A stretch of 64,000 bases of DNA. Origin: Clostridia bacterium. GTDB taxonomy: Bacteria; Bacillota; Clostridia; UMGS1840. The translations under genes and the position numbers were made by a program. Under the pieces are notes generated by a model. It was not told the origin of the DNA. It saw only the letters and a list, made by a program, of their open reading frames with translations, and made no database searches. The stretch lies in assembly GCA_045541975.1 (NCBI GenBank), contig JAZQKB010000015.1, positions 27,773-91,772 of the forward strand, written 5' to 3'. Shown here one piece after another: positions 1 through 8,738 of this stretch. The first letter of the stretch is position 1. Every line of letters starts with the position of its first letter.

Positions 1-596
1 AATACGGTATCGTCTCTGCCGTCAATGGCGTTCTGAGGTGGTGCGGAAGAATAATTGCCGTTTGCCGTTGCAAAGCCACCCAAAGCAACATTTGCAAGAT
101 CCGTGGGAGAATCAATGCCAAAAACCTTAAAATGCTGAATCTGGCAATTAATGTTTTCTTCACAAACAATCCGTACATAGCCTGCCCGCACAGCATCAAA
201 ATTCAATTCGTGGGTATAAATGGTGGCATTTTCGCTAGGAGTGTTGCCGGTTGTCACAGTCGTTCCCAGAAGATTCCACGCGATACCGTTTTGAGAATAA
301 TACACCAAAAAGTTTTTGTTAAAGTTCTTTTCTGTTATCACCGCTTTGGCAATCAAATACTCACCGGAAAGGTTCACAGTCAAAGTAGGATATTCCGAGG
401 CAGGTCTGTATGCAGAGGCAAACACGGTATCATCCCTGCCGTCAACTGCGTTTTGGGGAGGAGTGGTAGAATAATGGCCGTTTGCAGAGGCAGATTTCTG
501 CAGTGCTACATCAGTCAATGTCTGCGCAGAAGCATTCAGGCAAAACCAACCAAACGCCACAATAAACAGCAAAAAGATGCAAACAAACCGTTTCAT
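1..596 (-). CDS. Secreted protein with tandem F5/8 type C (discoidin/CBM32-like) domains; its 3' end lies beyond the window start
   Basis: Absent from the ORF track because it has no in-window stop. Hand translation of the minus strand from ATG 596..594 stays open to position 1. It begins MKRFVCIFLLFIVAFGWFCLNASA/QTL (signal peptide). The motif 'ANG(H/N)YSxxPPQNA(V/I)DGRDDTV' occurs twice, ~150 aa apart. GGAGGG lies at 603..608. Confidence 0.6.
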   Translation of the reverse strand, partial: MKRFVCIFLLFIVAFGWFCLNASAQTLTDVALQKSASANGHYSTTPPQNAVDGRDDTVFASAYRPASEYPTLTVNLSGEYLIAKAVITEKNFNKNFLVYYSQNGIAWNLLGTTVTTGNTPSENATIYTHELNFDAVRAGYVRIVCEENINCQIQHFKVFGIDSPTDLANVALGGFATANGNYSSAPPQNAIDGRDDTV

Positions 597-633
597 TTCT
601 ATCCCTCCATTTTACAAAATAAGTAAAAATACA

Positions 634-657
634 GGGACGGGATATTCACCCCGTCCC
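634..657 (-). terminator. Putative hairpin terminator/attenuator downstream of the 1225-aa gene
   Basis: GGGACGGG (634..641) pairs with CCCGTCCC (650..657) across an 8-nt loop. A T-rich tract follows on the minus strand (tgtatttttactt). It sits only ~25 nt from the next gene's RBS, so read-through is likely. Confidence 0.35.
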
Positions 658-668
658 CGCGGTTTCAA

Positions 669-3600
669 TTATTTTGCGATAAAATATCCGTGTGCCAGCG
701 GATCTAAAGTTTCTAAGTCAGTCCAAAGGAATACACGCACTTCGGGTGCAGTGGTGTCCTGCAAGCTGATTTCTGCTTTCAACTGAGCAGATTCACCGTC
801 ACCGATTCGTTGACCTAAATCGGCACTTACCATTTTGCCGCCATCATACAGTGCAATCACCATAGTACCGGTTTCAGAACCGATATTCACGATTGCAGTA
901 ACAGCTTCCTGGTCAGTAATTGCAGTAATCGGGTTGCTCAAATCTGCTGCATTATAGAACACAGGTGCCAGAGGTTCTTTGTAAGCAATCTGATACATTC
1001 TGAATGCACTTTCGTCAGATGATTTGGAAAGAACAACCTTCATACCTTCCATAACTGCTGCACTATTGGATGCTGCGGTTCCGTTTGCATTGTAAATGCT
1101 TACAGAATATTCAGGAAGAATTGCAGAAAGACTTGCGGTGTATGCTTCCACGGTAGGAGCAGTTTCTTTTAAGTTTTTCACCACATAAGCCAAGCCTGCT
1201 TCAGGAGCTACTTCTACACCGTCTGCACTTGCTTTGGACAGTGCAAAATCTGCATAATCTGCACTGGTAACCCGATAGAATTTATAATCATCAAAGTAGA
1301 AATCACCGGTTAAAATTTCACCGTCTTGATAGGTCAGCATATAATATGCCATTCTGGTAATTTTGATTTCTTCACCAGCATCAGCAAAATCACACTGAAG
1401 AGCATCCACTACTTTTTCGCCGTTGAGATAACCCGTTACAGTTTCATTTTTCAGATCCATAACAACCGCTACATGATACCAAACATCTACATCGTATGTG
1501 CCCACTGCAACACCGCCGATATACAGCACACCATCATCTTTCATATCAACAACATGCGGAGCAATATCGGACTTACCGTTTAACCACATATCAAGGCTCT
1601 TGTTGCAGTTCTTGTCTCCGGCTTTTACGCTGGTTTCAATCACAATAATTTGATCGGTATTGTCTTCGGTAATATTTCTGGTTAACTGGAAGTTGGCATT
1701 TGCGGTGATGGTAGTGCTTTCGTTATGCATTCTTCCCACACCGTTACCTTTGATGGTGTCGGAAATGCCTTCCCAATACATGGTAGCCTTATCCCAGTAT
1801 TCCTGCGTATCACCGTTTGCTTCTTCAGGGTTAGCGGAATATACGGCAGACCATCCCCACGGGAAACTTGTTCCTCTTACGGTGGAACCTACTCTGTAAG
1901 ATTTTTTGCCTACGCTATCATTAAAGTTAGTGGCAAAATCTTCCTTCATTTTGATTTCATAATAAACTTTTTCTCCTTCAGAAGAAGAAAGCTCAACAAA
2001 CATTCCGTCTGCCACATAAGAAGCATCTGCAATCACATTTGTCTTGGTTGCATCAACAATTTTCACAGCAGTGGTTACTGCATTGCCGGTGATTGCATCC
2101 AGAACGGTTTTTGCAGTGGTACCTTTCACGATATTCGCTAAGGTGTCATTTTTGATTTCTGCTTCCAGACTGTCGTCTAAAGATTTAATTGCAGGACTCA
2201 GAGTAGTTGCAAAACCGGAGATTTCACGAAGGAAGATCGCATCGGTTCTGTTATTTGCAGTATCTTTTAAGGTGTAAACAATTACTTTGATTTTGGAAAT
2301 TTTCTTATCGTAATTGTCCCCAATCAAGGTGTTGTCGCCAACCACGTTAATCATATTGATTCTGTTATAGGAATCAGTTGCCAGTTCTGCTTTGGTCTTG
2401 AATGCGTCTGTATAATTTGCGAAAGGTTTGTATTCGGTTTCGCCTTCATACATAACCTGAACATTCACGCAGGGAATTGCAGAATAGGTAGCACCGTATC
2501 CGGTTTCTACTAAAATGCTGCCCAAATATAAGGGAGTCTGCATGGTGTATTCTGCAACCCACAGCTTGTTATCTCCACTATTGTGGTAAGAATATCCACC
2601 GTCAGTTACGCTATTACCGGTTGCAACATGGGTATAGTAGTCAGCATTATTGGAGTTGTTTGCTTTTGCAGCCCAAGAAGCACTTTCCGGGGTGCCTGCA
2701 TTGCCTAATACCAACTCGGTTGCGGTGCTGGCATTATCATATTTGGTGAGGGTATACTGGGATACTGTGTTTTTAGAGAAGGAAGATAAAATATTTCCAA
2801 CTGCCACACAGTCACCAGACCATACAGTTGTGCCGTCATAGGTTGCTTTTACTTTCAGGATATAACCAGCATCCGCTTCGGTAATGGTATAGGTTTTTCC
2901 GGTTGCGCCTGCAATAGCAGTGTATCTGCTGTCAGCAGCAGAAGCGTTCACATGGCTCTTGGTAGCCACTTTGGTTCTTACCCACTGATAAGTTACCAGA
3001 GTTTCATCAGTTGCTGCAGTAAATACAGGAACAGCTTCGATGGTATTGCCTACATTTAAGCCATTGTTTTTCTGAATATCCACATATCTGATAGAGCCGG
3101 AAAGAGCAATTTCATAATATGCTTTGATACCTGCAGAAGAAGTCAGTTCCACAAACATGCCGTCGGTTACTGCAGTCGCACCATCAATTTCTGCAGTCTG
3201 ATCTGCAGATACCACTTTTTTGGTCACATCCTGCTCATTTGCGGTAATCGTAGCAAGCAGCTGTGCAGCGGTGGTGCCGGGTTTTACGTAGGAAATGGTA
3301 TTGTCAATCAGTTTTGCACCGATAGAGCTATCGATAGAAACAACAGAGGGTGCAACTGCTTTTGCAAAACCAGAAATTTCACGAAGGAAAATTGCATCGG
3401 TTCTGTTATTGGCAGTGTCTTTTAAGGTATAAACAATCACTTTGATTTTGGAAACCTTTTTATTGGCATCAGTACCAATCATGGTGCTGTCACCGGTTAC
3501 ATTAATCATATTGATTCTATTATAAGCATCCGTTGCCATTGCCGCTTTTGTTTTGAAGGAAGCGGTATCATTTGCCCAGTTTTTGTATTCGGTTTCTCCA

Positions 3601-4346
3601 TCATACACTACCTGAACGTTCACGCAGGGAATTGCAGAATAGGTTGCACCGTATCCGGTTTCTACCAGAATACTCTCCAGCTGCACCGGTTTCTGCAAGG
3701 TATATTCTGCAACCCACAGCTTGTTGTCTCCGCAGTTGTGGTAGGAATATCCACCGTCAGTTACACTATTACCGGTTGCAACGTGAGTATAGTAGTCCGC
3801 ATTGTTGGAGTTGTTTGCTTTTGCAGCCCATGCAGCACTTTCCGGATTACCTGCATTACCTAATACCAACTGAGTTGCGGTGCTGGCATTATCATACTTG
3901 GTAAGGGTGTATGCGGATACTGTGTTTTTAGAGAAGGAAGATAAAATGTTTCCAACTGCTGCACAGTCACCGGACCATACGGTTGTGCCGTTGTAGGTTG
4001 CTTTCACTTTCAGAATATAACCTGCATCAGCTTCAGTAATGGTATAGGTTTTTCCGGTTGCACCTGCGATTGCAGTATATCTGCTATCGTTGGCAGATGC
4101 ATTGGAATGGCTCTTGGTAGCCACCTTGGTTCTTACCCACTGATAGGTGACAGCTTCTGTACCGTCTGCGGTATCTGTAAAAACGGGGGTTGCTTCCAGT
4201 ACTGCGCCAACATGCAAGCCTTGGCTTTTGTCAATGTCAACATAGCGGATGCTTGTTGCTGCAGCACTTGCCATAAACATATTCAACGGGATCATCGTTA
4301 AAACCATTGCTATGATTATGGACATGCATAATGTTCTTTTTAACAT
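669..4346 (-). CDS. Secreted multidomain glycan-binding-type protein (duplicated 386-aa unit plus a C-terminal LamG/concanavalin-like region)
   Basis: 1225 aa. Signal peptide MLKRTLCMSIIIAMVLTMIPLNMFMASAAA; AGGAG lies 9 nt upstream. Each unit has an Ig-like segment 'TYQWVRT..GATGKTYTITEADAGYILKVKATY', a jelly-roll ending 'LREISGFA', and a small 'VYYEI' domain. 'DVWYHVAVVMDLKNETVTGYLNGEKV' resembles a LamG fold. Confidence 0.65.
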   Translation of the reverse strand: MLKRTLCMSIIIAMVLTMIPLNMFMASAAATSIRYVDIDKSQGLHVGAVLEATPVFTDTADGTEAVTYQWVRTKVATKSHSNASANDSRYTAIAGATGKTYTITEADAGYILKVKATYNGTTVWSGDCAAVGNILSSFSKNTVSAYTLTKYDNASTATQLVLGNAGNPESAAWAAKANNSNNADYYTHVATGNSVTDGGYSYHNCGDNKLWVAEYTLQKPVQLESILVETGYGATYSAIPCVNVQVVYDGETEYKNWANDTASFKTKAAMATDAYNRINMINVTGDSTMIGTDANKKVSKIKVIVYTLKDTANNRTDAIFLREISGFAKAVAPSVVSIDSSIGAKLIDNTISYVKPGTTAAQLLATITANEQDVTKKVVSADQTAEIDGATAVTDGMFVELTSSAGIKAYYEIALSGSIRYVDIQKNNGLNVGNTIEAVPVFTAATDETLVTYQWVRTKVATKSHVNASAADSRYTAIAGATGKTYTITEADAGYILKVKATYDGTTVWSGDCVAVGNILSSFSKNTVSQYTLTKYDNASTATELVLGNAGTPESASWAAKANNSNNADYYTHVATGNSVTDGGYSYHNSGDNKLWVAEYTMQTPLYLGSILVETGYGATYSAIPCVNVQVMYEGETEYKPFANYTDAFKTKAELATDSYNRINMINVVGDNTLIGDNYDKKISKIKVIVYTLKDTANNRTDAIFLREISGFATTLSPAIKSLDDSLEAEIKNDTLANIVKGTTAKTVLDAITGNAVTTAVKIVDATKTNVIADASYVADGMFVELSSSEGEKVYYEIKMKEDFATNFNDSVGKKSYRVGSTVRGTSFPWGWSAVYSANPEEANGDTQEYWDKATMYWEGISDTIKGNGVGRMHNESTTITANANFQLTRNITEDNTDQIIVIETSVKAGDKNCNKSLDMWLNGKSDIAPHVVDMKDDGVLYIGGVAVGTYDVDVWYHVAVVMDLKNETVTGYLNGEKVVDALQCDFADAGEEIKITRMAYYMLTYQDGEILTGDFYFDDYKFYRVTSADYADFALSKASADGVEVAPEAGLAYVVKNLKETAPTVEAYTASLSAILPEYSVSIYNANGTAASNSAAVMEGMKVVLSKSSDESAFRMYQIAYKEPLAPVFYNAADLSNPITAITDQEAVTAIVNIGSETGTMVIALYDGGKMVSADLGQRIGDGESAQLKAEISLQDTTAPEVRVFLWTDLETLDPLAHGYFIAK
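1947..4256 (-). repeat. Intragenic tandem duplication, 2 x ~1158 bp (aa 31-416 and 417-~800 of the 1225-aa protein)
   Basis: The two protein units align residue for residue. The DNA is visibly similar, e.g. 2221..2300 versus 3371..3450. Confidence 0.85.
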
Positions 4347-4423
4347 GTTTCATTGCTCCTTTTTATTGTTTTATCGTTTTTATTTTTACGTTGAATAAAA
4401 GGGGACGCCTGAGAACATAACGA

Positions 4424-7400
4424 TCAGTGATTCTGACTGATCAAGCGGTATACTGCAACAAATGCCTGTTCACGGGGCACTTGTTCACGGGGCATAAATG
4501 TGTTTTCCGAAACACCTTTCATAAGTCCCATGGAATACGCTTTTTTCACATATTCCACTGCCCATTGGGAAATTTCGTGACAATCATTCCAAAGAATGGA
4601 TTCCTCCGAATCGAAAACATAGTCAGGGTATTTGATAAGATATGCTTCACTCAGCATTTTTGCCATCTGTTCCCGAGTAATGTAATCGTTAGGATTTACA
4701 CTTCCGTTATATCCCTGCATCAGACCTGCCTGACTTACAGCCATAATATCTGCTGCAAACCAGTCATTTTGCGAAACATCGGAGAATAAACCGGTATATT
4801 CAGCTTCAGGAAGGGAAAGTGCTCTGCAAAGCAATGTGGCAAATTCTGCTCTGGTCACACCTTTCTTGAGATTTAAGGAAGTGCCGTCACCCTTTACAAT
4901 ACCCTTAGCAACCAATGCGGTAATTTCGGTTTCTCCCCAATGTCCCTGCAGTTCGGGATACTGAGGGATCGGAGTCGGGGTAAGGGTAGGTGTGGGAGTA
5001 GGTGTTGCCGAAACATATCCTCCCCCGCCACCACCGAAAGATTCCGTTCCATGTTGGGGTGCTTGTGTGGGAGTCGGCGTGGGAGTTGCGGTAGGTGTTG
5101 GAGTGGTGTCTGCTATGATGGGAGTATCGCCAAAATAAACATACAGATTGTTGGGATTCTGATGGAATGCTACTGATTCTCCGTTGACAATGACCTGATT
5201 GATCACACGGTCGGAGGCAATGGTCATATCATCTAAAACCACACAATTGTCGTTCGCCTGGAATAATTCAAACTCATAAATTGTCGGATTTTCTCCTCTG
5301 GTAGCAACTGCCTTAAAATATCTGGCGTTGACCGCAGCAAAATCCAGTTGATTGGAAGATTTTCCGTTCTCTGAAGAAACTACATCCGTTCTGCCGATGT
5401 ATTCCCATTTTTTTGCATCATTGGAGTAATAAATGTAATAATTACAAATTTTATCCTCTTCTTCCAGGTCTCTGGTATAGGGGATAACTTCTCCACGGGC
5501 AATTTTATCGTCATAATCTGCCAGCGGATCTTTTGCATCGATAATGTTGACAGTAGAAACCTCAGTGGGCGTTTCCATATCAATGTAGAAAGAAGCAAAC
5601 TGAGTCGGTGCCGGAATGGTTTCCCGATAGGAGGACGTCCATCCGGTATCCACATCTCCGTCTGTTACAGAAGTGGAATCTCCACTACCCTCAGTAAAAT
5701 AAACAGTTCTATTGGTTGCAAGATTAGTAGTTTTTGCATTTGCAACCGTGTCAGTTGTGACAACTCCTTTCGATGTTTCCAAAAGAATTTCATCACCCTG
5801 CCAACGAACGCCAATATCAGAAATGTTGCTGTTGGATTTTACCAGATAACGATCAGCTGTTTTATCATAAATCTCCGTTCCGCCTCGCAGGATTGCAAGC
5901 TCATCCCGAACTGAATTTTTCTGAATCAGAGCCGTTACTCCATCGGTAGTATAATCCCCAAAATCACGGTTTGCTTGTTGAGAAAGGTCAAACAATGTGT
6001 AATAAGAAGTTGTTGTAGTGGTATTTTGCCTGGTATCTGTTTTGTCAAAGGTAAAGGCATTCGCCACATCTTCGTTCACATTCAACGGAATATTCCGGGT
6101 AGAGATCGTAGCATTCTCTCCGGCTTTCATTGGGTACAACACCGTGTTAAAGGTTGTGGTACCGTTGGTTGCCTTATCGTATCTTGCATAATTGGCAGTC
6201 GTATAGTTAGAACCTTGTGCCCAATACCCTGTTTTGATATTGGCGGTCAGCGGCATCGCTTGCTGAACAGGTGCAATCAGAAGATTCGGACCTGATGCAA
6301 AATTGGTGCGGGTGTTTCCGCTGACAGGGTCCTGGGTAATGTTTGCTTCAGGCAACATATGCCAATATTGCTTGTATGAGTTTACTTTCACCTGGTTGTT
6401 CTGCGGTTCGATATAATCGGTAACGATAAAATAATCCGGCGACACAAACAACACATCACGGAACATTTTGTAATCATCAGTCAAATGCAGATGATCCTGA
6501 TAGTTAACGGTTTCTACCCGCAAGAAATTATACATAGAATTCAGCTCTCGGTTTTCAGGATGCATATCTCCTGCCACACCGTCTGCCTGTGAAAGAATCC
6601 GTTCGCCGAATGCTTCCTGATCCACGCCATATGCACCTTTTTGAGTAACATCGTTAATTTCAACGGCATTGACTTTTTTTGAGGATAACAACCAACCGGT
6701 TACCGGCGTGTTGTAGTTATAATCCTTATGGGTAGACTGTGCCAGGAGGTATTCTCCGTAAGCATAAATATTCAGTCCTAAGTCATCATTCTGTCCGTGG
6801 GAAAGCTGGCGTCCACCGTCAGCATTGATTTGTGCCGCTACTGCATCTTCGTTCCATCCACTTCTTAATACTGCTTTTTTTGCAATATCAAACACAACAG
6901 AACCTCGATCCGGCATACTGCCGGTAGTACGTCTGGAATATGCCCACTCGTACATATCATCGTCGATGTAATCCAGAAAATACGAATAGTTTTGTGTCAT
7001 ATCCGTGGTGTATGCTGTGGAATGCCCTTGTTGCCACCCACCAAATCCGGGGTGAGTGCCATAAATGGTATAGCGCAACATTTTTTCGATTTCATCAAAT
7101 GCCTGCTGACCAACATATTCGCTAAAATCAACATTCATTGCTGTGGCATTGGTAAGTCCAACCGACCAAATGGAAATGATAAAGTTGGTATAATTGAAGG
7201 ATACTTCAATACATGCTCCGTCTGCAAACATATCCTTATGTGCGGTATACAGCATACGATGCTTTGCAACTTCTTTCCAACCACCGCTTTTTCCATTGCC
7301 GTAACCAACATCGGAAAGCGGTTCATCCACCACTTTGAACTCCTGAAAAGCAATTGCCGCAGTCAATAATCCTGCAGCATTTGCAGTACCAAAGTTATTA

Positions 7401-8728
7401 TGTTCCGCTGCTTCATCCCAGTTGTTGACTGCCCATTGCGACATCATGTAGTAATACTTTAGCATCATGGTAAAATATTCGGGCGTCATATGTTCACTTT
7501 GCGTAATCGCAGTGAACTGCGGAATCATATCACGTAATGCCATACCATTGTACAAGGTATTGTCAACATCAATAGCAGGCAAGCCGCTTCTGTCGCTGAT
7601 TCGCTTTGCCAGATGACGAATCTGATGATATGCAAATGCTTCATTCTCTGTTCCTAAGTATGCATAGGTCAACGCTGAAAGATGTCTGGCTTCCGTTAAT
7701 ACGGCAGCAGAAATGGTATCTTCCCCGTCAAATGAACGGATATCCAGATTCACGGTATCTGCAATCATGGAATTCCAGGTGATAGTTTCGTCCCATTCGA
7801 TATATCCACCGTGAAATGCAACAACATCCTTCACACTTCTTTCGTATGATGTTGCTGTGGGATTTTCGGAGCGTTCCATTCGCCCGTGCAAAATCAGTTG
7901 AGCTCCGGTAACAGAATCTCCTTCATTCAAGTCGGAAATATCAAATTTGAGATAAGCTCTTTTGGTGTAAGTGTCTACTCTGTCTTTGGTATAGCCGATG
8001 GAAGAATAGGATTCCTCAACTTGTAAATTTGGCTCCTGTCCATAGGTTGTATTTCCGTTTGCTTCCGGGGAAACCGTAGCATCTGCAACCGGATAATACA
8101 CTCTTTCCCGACCGTTTACCACAAGCAGAAGCTGGGGTGCCTGCCCACCTTCTTTCGAGTCAAACACAGCTTTATAGCCATCTTTTTTCAATGCAACTAA
8201 TTGCACTGAAAAAACATTGGCTGTAGTAGAAATGTATGATTGCACATTGAGGGATACTTCACTGGGGGTTTCTTCCACAGAAACAATACCAATTGGTGTG
8301 CCACCATACATATTTTCAATCAGCAGTCTTGCAGTTTCATATCTAGAACCACTAGCATATTCCGGAAATCGAAAATCGTAGGTAGCAAACTTCCGTCTGT
8401 AATAGCTTAGCAGCTCTGTTTTTGCAATATCGTAATTGCCTCGCTTTGCCGCCTCTTCTACCAGATGTAATTCAGAATAAGCCTCATAGTTTAAAAGTGG
8501 TTCTGTGATCCATAGTTCGTTTATGATATCCCATTCTCCAAACAATTCAGAATCAGCAATATTCTGCGGATCTTCGATCACTAAGTCACTGTATGCATCC
8601 ATAGTCTGCCAGTAATATGCTTCGCTATCTGTTGTAGCGCTGACATAAGTGACAGAATCGGCTGCAAACGCCGAAATATTCGGTAACAAAATCATCATTG
8701 CCATCAGGAGCGCAGTTAACTTTTTCAT
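4424..8728 (-). CDS. S-layer-anchored polysaccharide lyase, heparinase II/III-like, with an F5/8 type C domain and three C-terminal SLH domains
   Basis: The likely start is MKKLTALLMAMMILLPNISAFA (ATG 8728, AGGAGGGA 5 nt upstream), not the track start at 8767. 'EHNNFGTANAAGLLTAAIAF' and 'LSHGQNDDLGLNIYAYGEYLL' resemble heparinase II/III-type toroid and beta-sandwich motifs. A discoidin segment is present ('..ARYFKAVATRGENPTIYEFELF'), then Pro/Thr linkers. Three SLH repeats follow (GHWGETEITALVAKGIVKG.., FSDVSQNDWFAADI.., ISQWAVEYVKKAY..). Confidence 0.6.
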   Translation of the reverse strand: MKKLTALLMAMMILLPNISAFAADSVTYVSATTDSEAYYWQTMDAYSDLVIEDPQNIADSELFGEWDIINELWITEPLLNYEAYSELHLVEEAAKRGNYDIAKTELLSYYRRKFATYDFRFPEYASGSRYETARLLIENMYGGTPIGIVSVEETPSEVSLNVQSYISTTANVFSVQLVALKKDGYKAVFDSKEGGQAPQLLLVVNGRERVYYPVADATVSPEANGNTTYGQEPNLQVEESYSSIGYTKDRVDTYTKRAYLKFDISDLNEGDSVTGAQLILHGRMERSENPTATSYERSVKDVVAFHGGYIEWDETITWNSMIADTVNLDIRSFDGEDTISAAVLTEARHLSALTYAYLGTENEAFAYHQIRHLAKRISDRSGLPAIDVDNTLYNGMALRDMIPQFTAITQSEHMTPEYFTMMLKYYYMMSQWAVNNWDEAAEHNNFGTANAAGLLTAAIAFQEFKVVDEPLSDVGYGNGKSGGWKEVAKHRMLYTAHKDMFADGACIEVSFNYTNFIISIWSVGLTNATAMNVDFSEYVGQQAFDEIEKMLRYTIYGTHPGFGGWQQGHSTAYTTDMTQNYSYFLDYIDDDMYEWAYSRRTTGSMPDRGSVVFDIAKKAVLRSGWNEDAVAAQINADGGRQLSHGQNDDLGLNIYAYGEYLLAQSTHKDYNYNTPVTGWLLSSKKVNAVEINDVTQKGAYGVDQEAFGERILSQADGVAGDMHPENRELNSMYNFLRVETVNYQDHLHLTDDYKMFRDVLFVSPDYFIVTDYIEPQNNQVKVNSYKQYWHMLPEANITQDPVSGNTRTNFASGPNLLIAPVQQAMPLTANIKTGYWAQGSNYTTANYARYDKATNGTTTFNTVLYPMKAGENATISTRNIPLNVNEDVANAFTFDKTDTRQNTTTTTSYYTLFDLSQQANRDFGDYTTDGVTALIQKNSVRDELAILRGGTEIYDKTADRYLVKSNSNISDIGVRWQGDEILLETSKGVVTTDTVANAKTTNLATNRTVYFTEGSGDSTSVTDGDVDTGWTSSYRETIPAPTQFASFYIDMETPTEVSTVNIIDAKDPLADYDDKIARGEVIPYTRDLEEEDKICNYYIYYSNDAKKWEYIGRTDVVSSENGKSSNQLDFAAVNARYFKAVATRGENPTIYEFELFQANDNCVVLDDMTIASDRVINQVIVNGESVAFHQNPNNLYVYFGDTPIIADTTPTPTATPTPTPTQAPQHGTESFGGGGGGYVSATPTPTPTLTPTPIPQYPELQGHWGETEITALVAKGIVKGDGTSLNLKKGVTRAEFATLLCRALSLPEAEYTGLFSDVSQNDWFAADIMAVSQAGLMQGYNGSVNPNDYITREQMAKMLSEAYLIKYPDYVFDSEESILWNDCHEISQWAVEYVKKAYSMGLMKGVSENTFMPREQVPREQAFVAVYRLISQNH

Positions 8729-8738
8729 ACTATCCCTC

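Noticed and set aside
132-626. 164-aa + strand ORF from the track
   Set aside because: It is antisense to a much better minus-strand gene (RBS, signal peptide, discoidin motifs). Its own sequence is Cys/Arg-rich with no RBS.
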